DNA from: Desulfobacterota bacterium AH_259_B03_O07
Lineage (GTDB): Bacteria; Desulfobacterota_D; UBA1144; Nemesobacterales; CSP1-2
Assembly: GCA_027717645.1 (NCBI GenBank)
Contig: JALLOG010000001.1
Span: forward strand, 1,951-65,950
DNA length: 64,000 nucleotides
Reading direction: 5' to 3'
Shown: positions 1 to 9,608 of the stretch, piece by piece
Position numbering within the stretch: the stretch's first letter is position 1
How the letters are laid out: each line of letters opens with the position of its first letter
Notes under the pieces: model-generated
What the model was told of the DNA's origin: nothing
Databases searched by the model: none
Seen by the model: only the letters and a program-made list of their open reading frames with translations
Program-made: the position numbers and the translations under genes

Positions 1-510
1 TGAATGGGGTGTTATAGTTTCTGGATTTACTGTTGGAATGATGACACAAGCGTCGGCCATATGTGCTGTATATCCCCCATCCCTACCTACAATACCTACA
101 ATTTGAGCGCCTTGCTTTTTGGCGTATTTTATGGCATACACCAGGTTTAGGCTAATATTTTTCTTCTGATCCCCCCCACCTACAGATAAGATAAAAATCA
201 TGTCTTTAGACTGCAAATGGCTAACCTTCAGCCATTCTTCAAAAACACTGGCCCATCCGTCATCATTTGTTCGAGCTGTCAATTCGGATACGTTATCTGT
301 GGGTGCATAAGATTCAATCCCAACAATTTTACGGAAATCGTTGACAGCGTGAGAACAATTGCCGGCACTTCCCCCTACACCTAAAAAAAATAGCCGTCCC
401 CCACGATTACGAAGGCTAACCAAAAGTTCAGCCATTCTCTCGATTTTGGAAACATCCAGATTATTGATGATTTTGCTCGCTTCATCAAGATGTCTTTGTG
501 TGTAATTCAT
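1..510 (-). CDS. gmhA: SIS-domain sugar-phosphate isomerase, D-sedoheptulose-7-phosphate isomerase (GmhA)-like; C-terminus lies beyond the window edge
   Basis: Not in the ORF track because it runs off the edge. My translation from ATG at 510-508 reads MNYTQRHLDEASKIINNLDVSKIERMAELLVSLRNRGGRLFFLGVGGSAGNCSHAVNDFRK...MIFILSVGGGD...GAQIVGIVGRDGGYTA and stays open to position 1. ATGA overlap with the stop of 507..1223. Confidence 0.75.
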   Translation of the reverse strand, partial: MNYTQRHLDEASKIINNLDVSKIERMAELLVSLRNRGGRLFFLGVGGSAGNCSHAVNDFRKIVGIESYAPTDNVSELTARTNDDGWASVFEEWLKVSHLQSKDMIFILSVGGGDQKKNISLNLVYAIKYAKKQGAQIVGIVGRDGGYTAHMADACVIIPTVNPETITPHS

Positions 511-1223
511 GGGGTTCCCTCTTTAGTCCGATTTAACAGATAGTGATGGGTTTCATCCAATCCATCAGGTGATCCAATTTCATAAAATCGTTGTGTAACC
601 TCAAACGTGGACAACTCATCTTTGGTAAGTAAATCTTGATAAATTGTAGCCAAATCAATCGTAGTATCTGGTGGATAATCATCAAAAACCTTTGCATTCA
701 ATACACCAAGCCCATAATCAATATGTTGCATTTCCGGGGTTGGGTTCTCCTTGTCATAATGTATTAAACAGCCATCTTTATAAAGTATATTACTACGATC
801 CCATTTGTTAGCATTTCGAAAAATAGTCATTAACCCCAATTTACGTTGTTCTAAAAACTTTTTCTCAATAGCTATATAATTACAATCTAAATAGGAGTCG
901 CCATAGAGAACAAAAAAAATTTCTCCTAACAGAGGTAAGGCTTTCCGCAATGCTCCACCTGTTCCCAAAAGTTTTTTTCCGTCAAAAACATACCGTAAAT
1001 CCATACCCATCCTGCTTCCATCACCCAATACTGTTTTCACCATTTCACCAAGATACCCCACACATAGTACGATACGATGCAATCCATGCTGTTGCATCAA
1101 TTCCAATTGATGCTCGATAAAGGGTTTATGCGCTACCTCCACTAAACACTTGGGAATACTCTTGGTGAGTGGCCGTAATCGTTTAGCTAATCCACCAGCT
1201 AATATTGCAACAGGCAGAGCCAT
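507..1223 (-). CDS. hddC: sugar-1-phosphate nucleotidyltransferase, D-glycero-D-manno-heptose-1-phosphate guanylyltransferase (HddC)-like
   Basis: 238-aa ORF. N-terminal AILAGGLAKRLRPLTKSIPK nucleotidyltransferase loop and LGTGGAL. Start and stop overlap both neighbours. Lies between a GmhA-like gene and a GHMP kinase. Confidence 0.7.
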   Translation of the reverse strand: MALPVAILAGGLAKRLRPLTKSIPKCLVEVAHKPFIEHQLELMQQHGLHRIVLCVGYLGEMVKTVLGDGSRMGMDLRYVFDGKKLLGTGGALRKALPLLGEIFFVLYGDSYLDCNYIAIEKKFLEQRKLGLMTIFRNANKWDRSNILYKDGCLIHYDKENPTPEMQHIDYGLGVLNAKVFDDYPPDTTIDLATIYQDLLTKDELSTFEVTQRFYEIGSPDGLDETHHYLLNRTKEGTP

Positions 1224-2200
1224 CAGATTATAACCTTAGTACCTTCAAAATCAAAGCTAAAGCGCACTTCCTCTAACCCTGCATGTGCCATGGTGTGTCG
1301 CAAACGATTGCGGTCAGAGGCATAAAACATCAGAAAGCCGCCACCTCCTGCTCCAACCAGTTTTCCACCAATTGCCCCATTAGCTTTCCCTAGTTCATAC
1401 CACTCATCAATTTGTGGATTGCTTATACCCTTGGATCGTTTTTTCTTATGTTCCCAGTGCTCATGCATGAGTTCTCCAAAAAGAGTTAAATTACCATCCT
1501 CCAGAGCTTTCTTGCTGCGTAAGCCTAGCTCTTTAACATAATGCAGATTTTGAATCATCTCTTGATCAGATTGCTGTGTACGGACATTCTGGTTCTTGAG
1601 AATAATTCCAGCGTTACGTGAAAAACCGGTAAAAAATAGCAGTAAGTTATCTTCCAGGTCAAACATGGTGTCATCTGAAATATTTAATTGATCAGCATTT
1701 ACCGTTTCATCTGAGTTAAATGTAAAACAAGTAATGCCACCATAAGCCGCAATATATTGATCCTGTTTGCCAATAGGTTCCCCAAGCCGATTAATTTCAA
1801 TATCGCAGGCCAATTTAGCCAAATCACTAGGGAGCAATAATCGCCGCTTAAAAGAATATAATGCCTTGAGGAGTGCAGTAGTAAAACTTCCTGATGATCC
1901 TAGGCCTGTCCCTGAGGGTATATCGGTTAGCGTAGCAATCTCCAGTTGAGAGGGCTTATAATCAATCATTTGAATTGCCTCACGAATAATCGGATGTTTA
2001 ACATCTTCCACTCTCTCAACATGCTCAAGCTCAGAATATTTTAAGTAAATACCAGGTGTGAATGGCCGTATTACTGTTACATAAACGTATTTTTCAATCG
2101 AAGCTGCAATCAAAAATCCTTCATGTTCTTTATAATATGATGGTAAATCAGTCCCTCCACCTCCCAATGTAATGCGTAATGGGCTACGCGTGATTATCAT
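1223..2200 (-). CDS. hddA: GHMP-family sugar kinase, D-glycero-D-manno-heptose-7-phosphate kinase (HddA)-like
   Basis: ITRSPLRITLGGGGTDLPSYY, PSGTGLGSSGSFTTALLKAL (GHMP motif II) and GAGGGGF (motif III). Start moved to ATG 2200 (MIITRSP...) because the longer tracked ORF overlaps the upstream gene by 70 nt. Confidence 0.7.
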   Translation of the reverse strand: MIITRSPLRITLGGGGTDLPSYYKEHEGFLIAASIEKYVYVTVIRPFTPGIYLKYSELEHVERVEDVKHPIIREAIQMIDYKPSQLEIATLTDIPSGTGLGSSGSFTTALLKALYSFKRRLLLPSDLAKLACDIEINRLGEPIGKQDQYIAAYGGITCFTFNSDETVNADQLNISDDTMFDLEDNLLLFFTGFSRNAGIILKNQNVRTQQSDQEMIQNLHYVKELGLRSKKALEDGNLTLFGELMHEHWEHKKKRSKGISNPQIDEWYELGKANGAIGGKLVGAGGGGFLMFYASDRNRLRHTMAHAGLEEVRFSFDFEGTKVII

Positions 2201-3173
2201 TACAAGACTCCTGATATATTTTGTTAACAATAGTGAGAACAGCATGCGCATCACTCAGATTAGCCGCTGGTTGCCGTCCTATCTTAATATCTTCTAAAAA
2301 CTCAGCAAATTCTACTATCCAGGAATCATTTATCATAGGGTATTCCCAGATCGTAGTTTCCGGTGGACCCATTTGGGGGAGCATTTTGTAATAACTCAAT
2401 CGTTCTGTTCCGTAACTACCTCCTAACCCTTCAATATGCAGCTTGCCATGTCGTCCATATATCTCAAGAGAAAACAAGTTCTTCCATTCAGTGCAACTAG
2501 CATGGAGGAAAGCTACCTGTTGCTTGGCAGTTTTTAGAATCATAAAAGCGTTATCATCTACTGGCATATCCCAAAAAAAAGTGCGAGCTAAGCCCTGCAC
2601 CTCAGCAAAATCACCCAAAAACCAGCGTGCTAAATCAATTAAATGCACACCCTGATCAATTAATTCTCCTCCTCCAGATAACCCTGGTTTTGCCCGCCAC
2701 TCCTTTTCATAATCAATACGTCCTCCATGGCCATAACGGGCGCGCAAGAACATCAGCTCCCCTAGTTCATTAAGTTTATAAATTTCTCGTGCCTTGCGTA
2801 ATGCAGGATGATAACGGAGATTAAAACCAACCCTGACGAGTGAACTGCTTTGCTTAACACCGGTAATCAAAGGGGTTAACTCATCAACATGGCGTGCTGC
2901 CGGTTTTTCAACCAGAACATGCTTACCACTAGATACAGCAGCTAATGTAATCTCGGCAAGTGATTGATGAGGAGTAGCGACAATAATTACATCTATATCT
3001 TTATATTCCATTACCCTACGCCAGTCACTCAAGGCCTCGCTGCCGGAGAACCGGCGTGCAAGCATTTCTGCCCGTTCTACCGAAATATCAACGCAAGCGA
3101 CCAAACGGTTTCCCCCAATGGACTCTGCCCTTTTTTCCCCTATCAGACCACAACCAATAATTGCAACATTCAT
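2184..3173 (-). CDS. Gfo/Idh/MocA-family NAD(P)-dependent oxidoreductase
   Basis: MNVAIIGCGLIGEKRA Rossmann N-terminus and VLVEKPAA (EKP motif). Start placed at ATG 3173, just after the stop of the SDR gene. Confidence 0.8.
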   Translation of the reverse strand: MNVAIIGCGLIGEKRAESIGGNRLVACVDISVERAEMLARRFSGSEALSDWRRVMEYKDIDVIIVATPHQSLAEITLAAVSSGKHVLVEKPAARHVDELTPLITGVKQSSSLVRVGFNLRYHPALRKAREIYKLNELGELMFLRARYGHGGRIDYEKEWRAKPGLSGGGELIDQGVHLIDLARWFLGDFAEVQGLARTFFWDMPVDDNAFMILKTAKQQVAFLHASCTEWKNLFSLEIYGRHGKLHIEGLGGSYGTERLSYYKMLPQMGPPETTIWEYPMINDSWIVEFAEFLEDIKIGRQPAANLSDAHAVLTIVNKIYQESCNDNHA

Positions 3174-3174
3174 T

Positions 3175-4047
3175 TCATCTCTCGCCCCAATTCTTACCAC
3201 GTTCCCTGGGAATTATTCTACGTAATGTATATATATCCGTCTCTTTTAATTCCTCAATATGCTCTGAGAATGTCTCCCATGGGTCCCATACAGCGCTGAT
3301 TAATTTGCCAGTGACTCCATCACTTTCTTTTGATGCAAGATACACAGCCAAAGAAGCTCCTTTTTGTAATGGAACCCCACCGATATCTCTTTGTTTTAAT
3401 GCTTTTTCATAGAATGCTTTACCAACTTTATCAGGGCCGGCATCTATTACTTCATCAAGTAAACGAGTATTTAATGCTCCTGGAGCAATAGCATTGATAT
3501 CGATATTATAATCACGGCATTCTTCTGCTAAGGTTTCAGAAAGCCGAATGACAGCAGTTTTTGAAACACCATATGCACTAATTCTAGGAAGAGGAGAAGT
3601 AGATCCTCCGCCTGATAAGTTAATTATTTTCCCAAATTTATTTTCTTTCATATGAGAGAGAATGTATTTGCAAGTATAAAATGTACCGAGTAAATTAATT
3701 TCTAAAGCCCTAATCCATTCAGTACTATTAATATTTTCGAGTTCACCTTTAGGGCCATAGATTCCTGCGTTATTTACTAAGACATGTATAGATGAACCTA
3801 GTTCATCTATACAATAAGTAATAAATTCTTTTACAATTGCTTCTTTTGAAACGTCAATAGGTTTAGAGACAATTTTTTGATCTTCTTTTGCAATAGATTT
3901 AAGTTTATTTGTAGCTATTTCAAGGAATTTTTTATTTCTTGCACAGATAGCAACTGAAGCACCTTCTTTAATAAATTCTTCTGCTATAATATAACCTAAT
4001 CCTTGGCTTGCTCCAGTGATAATTGCATTTATTCCTTTAAGTTTCAT
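3175..4047 (-). CDS. short-chain dehydrogenase/reductase (SDR)
   Basis: ITGASQGLG (TGxxxGxG), NNAG and YGVSK (YxxxK). Confidence 0.85.
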   Translation of the reverse strand: MKLKGINAIITGASQGLGYIIAEEFIKEGASVAICARNKKFLEIATNKLKSIAKEDQKIVSKPIDVSKEAIVKEFITYCIDELGSSIHVLVNNAGIYGPKGELENINSTEWIRALEINLLGTFYTCKYILSHMKENKFGKIINLSGGGSTSPLPRISAYGVSKTAVIRLSETLAEECRDYNIDINAIAPGALNTRLLDEVIDAGPDKVGKAFYEKALKQRDIGGVPLQKGASLAVYLASKESDGVTGKLISAVWDPWETFSEHIEELKETDIYTLRRIIPRERGKNWGER

Positions 4048-5332
4048 TTATTTTTTTTCCTACACAAAAATAATTGATTTTTCGATAACTTTTTAATTGT
4101 TTTTCTAAAAATGCATTTGGGTCAATGATAACTTTGTTACTCATTAAATCTAATATTTCATTATTAAGTTCTTTAAACACTTTATGTTCAGTTCCAACGA
4201 TAATACAATCAGCATCTTTAATAGTTTTTATAATATCAGAGCATAAATTTATTGTTAAATTATCAGGGAGTTTCTTTATATGAGGATCATAAGCATTAAT
4301 TTTAGCCCCTTTATCGGATAGCCATTTACATAGTTCAATTGATAATGATCTTCTTAATGTATTAGTATTTGGTTTATAAGTGAGTCCTAAAATAGCAAAT
4401 TTTTTATTTTTTATTTCTGCAAAACATTCTTTTGTTTTTCCTTTTATCCAATCTTTGTGGATATCGTTACTTTGTTTTACTGCATTAAATAGAACGCCTT
4501 TAGTATTATATTTTTCACTAAGTTCAATCAAAAAGTTCACATCTCTAGCTAAAGTACCTCCAGCAAAAGCAGAACCTGCACGAACATATGCTTTTGGTCC
4601 GATTCTATCTTCAGTCTTAAGCCCTCTTTCAACTTCTTTTGCATTTGCGCCGACTTTTTCGCATATACATGCCAGTTCATTTGCAAAAACAACAGATATA
4701 GCAAGAAATGAATTAATTGCATGTTTAGTCATTTCAGCTGATTCTGTTTTCATCCATTCTAATTTATCAGAAATTTTCGAAAATATCGGTAAAAACTCAT
4801 TAATATGTTTTTTATTTCTAACACCAATAATTATTCTGTCAGGTTCTCTAAAAATATTTATTGCATTTCCAAGCCTCAGGTTCTCAGGAGAGCATGCAAA
4901 GAATGCTTTTTTATTTGCAAATCTTACTTTAAAAATGTTTTCAATATTTTTTGTAAATCCAACAGGAACTTGTGAAGAGATTATGACTTTTGAATTATTT
5001 GGAAGATATTCTAAAGCTTTGACTATATGATATTTAACAAAATCAACATCAGCAATATCGTTATCATCAACAGGGGTATCAAATGTGATCCATAAAACAT
5101 CAGTGTTCGATAAAGCAGCCTCAAAATCAGTTGAAAAAGACAAATTATTATTTTTAATATATTTATTTAATAAATCTTCAAGACCAGGTTCAAATATAGG
5201 AGGTTTACTATTTTGCAAATTATTAATTACTTCATTATCATTATCCAGACCAATTACATTAAAACCCAAGTCAGCCATACAAACAGCAGTCACACAACCT
5301 AAATGCAATAAACCAAATACACAAACTTTCAT
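4037..5332 (-). CDS. UDP-glucose/GDP-mannose dehydrogenase-family protein, divergent (no catalytic Cys visible)
   Basis: 431 aa with family-typical layout: N-terminal Rossmann, NELACICEKVGAN, DRIGPKAY...AFAGGTLARD, C-terminal LGLTYKPNT. The usual GGxCxxKD reads GGTLARD. Very AT-rich. Confidence 0.7.
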   Translation of the reverse strand: MKVCVFGLLHLGCVTAVCMADLGFNVIGLDNDNEVINNLQNSKPPIFEPGLEDLLNKYIKNNNLSFSTDFEAALSNTDVLWITFDTPVDDNDIADVDFVKYHIVKALEYLPNNSKVIISSQVPVGFTKNIENIFKVRFANKKAFFACSPENLRLGNAINIFREPDRIIIGVRNKKHINEFLPIFSKISDKLEWMKTESAEMTKHAINSFLAISVVFANELACICEKVGANAKEVERGLKTEDRIGPKAYVRAGSAFAGGTLARDVNFLIELSEKYNTKGVLFNAVKQSNDIHKDWIKGKTKECFAEIKNKKFAILGLTYKPNTNTLRRSLSIELCKWLSDKGAKINAYDPHIKKLPDNLTINLCSDIIKTIKDADCIIVGTEHKVFKELNNEILDLMSNKVIIDPNAFLEKQLKSYRKINYFCVGKKINET

Positions 5333-5428
5333 TATTATTTCCTTTGGTATCTCTTAATAAACTAATTCAAATACAAAGATATTCACTTTCTTTAGACCAC
5401 ATCAATATTACAATTAAAAATTACGCAT

Positions 5429-6385
5429 TTATTTTCTCTCCTCATAAACCCATTTGTTATTTTGTAAAAACTCCACTGTCTTAATAACTGATTCTTTAAT
5501 AGTAAGTTTTGGCTGCCACCCCATCGCACGAATTTTAGCACAGTCCAGATAGATGAAAGGGTTATCACCAATCCATCCGCGCTCACCGCCAGCGTAGATC
5601 ACCTTAGGCGCCAGTCCAAGATGCTGGGTGATCCAGCCGATGGAGTCATTAACCTCGCAGTATTCATCCAAACCGAGATTAAACAGGTTGACCTTATCGT
5701 GTGCCTTTTCGACAGCCAAGAGCATAGCATCCAAGCAGTCCTCTATATGCAGGTACGACTTGCGTTGATGGCCATTGCCCAGCACATGCAGTTCGTGTGG
5801 ATTCGCGCAGAGGCTTTTATAGAAGTCGAAGACATGCCCATGCGTATAACGCTCGCCCAAGATTGAGACGAACCGGAAAATATAGCCTTGAAATCCGAAG
5901 CCCTCGCAATAGGCTTGGATCAGACCCTCCCCTGCCAGCTTTGAAGCACCGTAAAGCGAGGTCTGTACGGGGAAGGGTGCATCCTCCATTGTTGGGAATA
6001 TCTGTGGCTCCCCATAGACAGAACCGGTTGAGGCAAAGGCGATCAGGCGGATATCATTGGCCCGCATCGCCTCCAACACATTGAAGGTTGCAATGATGTT
6101 TTGTTCCAAATCTTTTCGTGGGTGTTCCGTGCCAAAGCGTACATCGGCGTTGGCCGCCAAATGAAAAACAAAATCAGCGTCCTGTATGGCACTGGTCAAA
6201 CTATCGAGGTTCAATGTATCGCCATGCACCAGCTTGAAACGCGTTGAATGATGAGCTATCTCCAGAAATCTTTGTTGACCGGTGGAGAAGTTGTCATAAC
6301 CCACGACCTCATGGCCATCACGTAATAAGCGGTCTGTTAGATTGCTGCCGATAAATCCTGCACATCCAGTAATAAAAAAGCGCAA
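5429..6385 (-). CDS. NAD-dependent nucleotide-sugar epimerase/dehydratase (extended SDR)
   Basis: MRFFITGCAGFIGSNL (GxxGxxG) and YGASKLAGE (YxxxK); 318 aa. Confidence 0.85.
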   Translation of the reverse strand: MRFFITGCAGFIGSNLTDRLLRDGHEVVGYDNFSTGQQRFLEIAHHSTRFKLVHGDTLNLDSLTSAIQDADFVFHLAANADVRFGTEHPRKDLEQNIIATFNVLEAMRANDIRLIAFASTGSVYGEPQIFPTMEDAPFPVQTSLYGASKLAGEGLIQAYCEGFGFQGYIFRFVSILGERYTHGHVFDFYKSLCANPHELHVLGNGHQRKSYLHIEDCLDAMLLAVEKAHDKVNLFNLGLDEYCEVNDSIGWITQHLGLAPKVIYAGGERGWIGDNPFIYLDCAKIRAMGWQPKLTIKESVIKTVEFLQNNKWVYEERK

Positions 6386-6776
6386 GTTATAAACTCTTCG
6401 ACTTTAAGATAGCTCCCTTTAGATAATACCCCCTATCCCAACCCATTTTGAAAAAAGGGATAACACTAAATGGATAAAAAATAGGAAAATAATTAAACAC
6501 ACTCTTAAGCGATCTATTTAAATTGAAATATGAGGATAGCTTATAAAAAAATATCATAAATTGCAAATGGGAACCATGAACTAACACTTTTTTTCCATTC
6601 TATTTGTAGATAACAAACCTATACACTTTTACTGGCGTAAGCATTGCGGGAAATTTATATCCATATTATAAAATCCACCTTCCCTTTGGTATGAGGTTGG
6701 CTTCAATGCTTGATGAATCAAGCTCTTCAAGAATCTCTTCAATAACGGCTGCTGGAAACTGCAATGGCGCTGGATG

Positions 6777-7226
6777 CTAAAGGGTTGCATTAATTAATCT
6801 GGCCATAAAACGGGAAACTGCTTTCTCAAAAAAATAGAACCACTTTGGGACACAAGATTCTATAACAATCAATTTACCTCCTGGACGCAATACTCGTAAA
6901 GCTTCTTTAGCAGCCAATTTGATATTTTCAAGCGACTCACCGATAGTCTTGCCCGTGAGATGGTGAAATAGCATAGATATTAGCACACCATCAAAAGATT
7001 CATCTGGTTCTGAAATATTTAAAGCGTTTCCACTTTTTAATGTGACATTGGAAGGATAAGAAAAAGAAGTGGGCAAATCTTCAAGAAATAAATCTAAAGC
7101 GACAATGGCTTTTAAAATGTTTGTGTCGTAATCAAATACCCCCCCGTTTCCAATATCAAGGAGATGATCAATGCCCTGTAATGCCTCGTTAAGGTGTTTC
7201 CGTAGGGTACAATAAGTATCTAGTTC
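6777..7226 (-). pseudogene. class I SAM-dependent methyltransferase remnant (N-terminally truncated)
   Basis: The frame is open from the stop at 7227-7229 and reads ...HLLDIGNGGVFDYD...VLRPGGKLIVIE. There is no ATG/GTG/TTG before the SAM motif I; the first start (TTG 7076) lies after it. Confidence 0.55.
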
Positions 7227-7354
7227 TTAAATATTCTTATTGTAAGAATAAATATTATCCTTGAAAAAAGAAGTGTTCTAATTAAGCCTCTTATCAGTTT
7301 GACTATATTTTGGTTCTTGATTCATTAAAAAAAACCTTAAATAAAAAAACAGAT

Positions 7355-8314
7355 TCACATATTTACCTTCCGATCAATAATAAACTTTGGTCGTCGTTTT
7401 ACCTCGTCATATATCCGCCCAATATATTCCCCCATCAATCCCAGACAGAGTAGTTGAATGCCAGCAAAAAAGGTAACAACTAGTACAGTAGTGGGTAAGC
7501 CAGGGGTAAGATCTATACCGATCAACTTCTGGAAAACATACCATGCGCCCAATAGAAAACTAAATCCTGCAATAATTACCCCTGAAATTGACATCAATTG
7601 CAAGGGGCGAGTGCTAAAACTAATAAGACCATTTAGACCAATTGTAATTGATCCTATTAAGCGGCTATAATTCCCTTTACCATGGAATCTTTCATCACGA
7701 TCATACTCTATAAAGGTCTGCCGGAAACCCACATAGGCGACTAATCCTCTCAAAAACCCATGTGACTCATTCAAGCGCCGCAACTCCTCGATAACTCGAC
7801 GTGTCATAATACGAAAATCACCCGTATCACGTGGAATCGGAACCTCACTGAACCTGGCTATAATTTTGTAACCTACAAATGCAATAAATCTTTTCACCAG
7901 AGTCTCACCTTTTCGAGAGCGACGCTTTGCATAGACAACCTCATAGTCCTCCCGCAATTTGTCATGCATCTTGCCGATGAGTTCAGGTGGATCTTGCAGG
8001 TCTACATCGATCACTACACAGCACTCACCTTTGCATAGTAAGATGCCTGCCATCGTTGCAAAAGGCTGGCCGAAGCGTCTGGAAAAAACTATTAATTTGA
8101 TGTTTGGATTACGTTCAATCTCTTCAAGAATCACTTCTTCTGTCCTGTCTGGTGGTGGGTCCAAACAAAATATTATTTCATAAGCCACCCCCATCGTACT
8201 CAAAACAGATTCCATCCTCTCAAGAAAGGGCTTGATGTTGCCTTCCTCCTTATATACTGGAACAACAACAGATAAGTTAGGATTGTCTAATGAATATTCT
8301 GATTTATTTTTCAA
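7355..8314 (-). CDS. GT2-family polyprenyl-phosphate glycosyltransferase (GtrB/ArnC-like) with C-terminal TM helices
   Basis: LSVVVPVYKEEGNI, VIDVDLQDPPE (DxD), and hydrophobic C-terminal segments. Confidence 0.85.
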   Translation of the reverse strand: MKNKSEYSLDNPNLSVVVPVYKEEGNIKPFLERMESVLSTMGVAYEIIFCLDPPPDRTEEVILEEIERNPNIKLIVFSRRFGQPFATMAGILLCKGECCVVIDVDLQDPPELIGKMHDKLREDYEVVYAKRRSRKGETLVKRFIAFVGYKIIARFSEVPIPRDTGDFRIMTRRVIEELRRLNESHGFLRGLVAYVGFRQTFIEYDRDERFHGKGNYSRLIGSITIGLNGLISFSTRPLQLMSISGVIIAGFSFLLGAWYVFQKLIGIDLTPGLPTTVLVVTFFAGIQLLCLGLMGEYIGRIYDEVKRRPKFIIDRKVNM

Positions 8315-8646
8315 TTCGAATAAATTCCTAAAATAACGAGTTGTTTACGAAAATGGCGTTAATTATAGTAATTAGTATAAATCATCAGTTACGTTCTCTG
8401 TACCTGAAAAATATCCTTTACAAATGGTTTCACTACAATTATAAGCAATGAAACGGCCTAATTCATCCCTTTAATATAAAATAAATATCAAAAATAGTAT
8501 CTTATGTCAACAACATCATGCTAAGTAATTTCATGCTAAGCAACAGTCGGTTTAAGCAATCTACGATCGCATTTTACAAAAAATTACAATACCTCTCTAT
8601 TAGGATAGTAAAAGGATAGCAGAAAGTAAGGGGGCGATACTTTGTG

Positions 8647-9054
8647 CTAAGGTGTGTCATCCATAACATAAAGAGTAGCGTTATCCCTTCCTACCATTGA
8701 TCTTTCCGGTTGGAAGTTTGAAACGTGCCTTACAATAGAGCTTATCCTGAGATCGGCAATCGTCCCTTTCCAATACCTTTTTAGATAACCTTTGCCCAAT
8801 ATGATTTTGTTTTCACCAGACGGGATAGTGACATTGTTGGTCTGTCCCACAATCTCCCCATTTATAAAGATTGTTGAAGTTGCTTTGTCATTATCAACAT
8901 CGAGTTCCATGTGAAACCACGTGTTCTCCATATTATCATCAGGAATTTCATCCATTCGGTAAAATACAGTATTGCCGGTTCTTGTCTTTATCCATATAAG
9001 CATGTTGTTTTTTGAGTGCTGATAAAGGCCGATTGGGCTGACCAAAGCAGGCAT
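8647..9054 (-). CDS. LamG/concanavalin-like jelly-roll domain fragment (hypothetical)
   Basis: WFHMELDVDNDKATSTIFINGEIVG...GKGYLKRYWKGTIADLRISS resembles the C-terminal half of a Laminin_G_3-type domain. It is isolated and sits beside IS debris. Confidence 0.3.
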   Translation of the reverse strand: MPALVSPIGLYQHSKNNMLIWIKTRTGNTVFYRMDEIPDDNMENTWFHMELDVDNDKATSTIFINGEIVGQTNNVTIPSGENKIILGKGYLKRYWKGTIADLRISSIVRHVSNFQPERSMVGRDNATLYVMDDTP

Positions 9055-9233
9055 AGGTTGATACGATTCCGAATAAGGGGGTAAGGGTTAGGATATGAAC
9101 GCTCCGAAAGAGCATTTTCGCCAGGCTTACTCCACATCTCGATTGTAAACTTACTTATTTTTGACAAAACAGATCACCGGGCTGAGTGAGGATATAGTGA
9201 AGAACTCATAATTTGTACCATAAGAATATTTCC

Positions 9234-9422
9234 CTATTCTGATGTCAGGGAGATTAAGAAGTTGTGGCGTCCCACCAAGAAGTGATTAGGGTTTTTGTGA
9301 AAATTTTTTGGGTTCTTCATCCATTCTTCTATTACCTTTTCATAAGGCGTTACAAGTTTCAAAGAATTGAGCTTTATGGCGAAATTATAGGCCATCACAA
9401 AATCATGAAGATGAGATCTCAA
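9234..9422 (-). mobile_element. C-terminal remnant of a DDE (rve/IS481-like) transposase
   Basis: ...LEQLRSHLHDFVMAYNFAIKLNSLKLVTPYEKVIEEW matches the conserved tail of integrase-core transposases. No catalytic core lies upstream (in-frame stop about 25 codons up). Confidence 0.6.
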
Positions 9423-9463
9423 CTGCTCTAAAGAGTCGTACTTATATGTATTGGTTGGTATAA

Positions 9464-9571
9464 AATCCCAGGAGAACAGTAGGAGATGAGGTTACAGCAG
9501 AGGTGATACGCAAATACATAGAGTATCATGATCATGAGGAGATTCACACTAAGCAATTGAAGCTTTTTTAG
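9464..9571 (+). mobile_element. C-terminal remnant of an IS200/IS605-type Y1 transposase (TnpA)
   Basis: My translation reads NPRRTVGDEVTAEVIRKYIEYHDHEEIHTKQLKLF*, which resembles the TnpA tail (sTVG..e.IrkYI..q). Only about 35 codons are open. Confidence 0.5.
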
Positions 9572-9608
9572 AGGTTCATTTGTAAAAGTCGGTTTCTGCT
9601 TAAAGAAG

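Noticed and set aside
4380-5357. 216-aa and 90-aa plus-strand ORFs
   Set aside because: They are antisense to the UGDH-family gene in a stretch of about 28% G+C where stop codons are depleted on the opposite strand. The translations are low-complexity.
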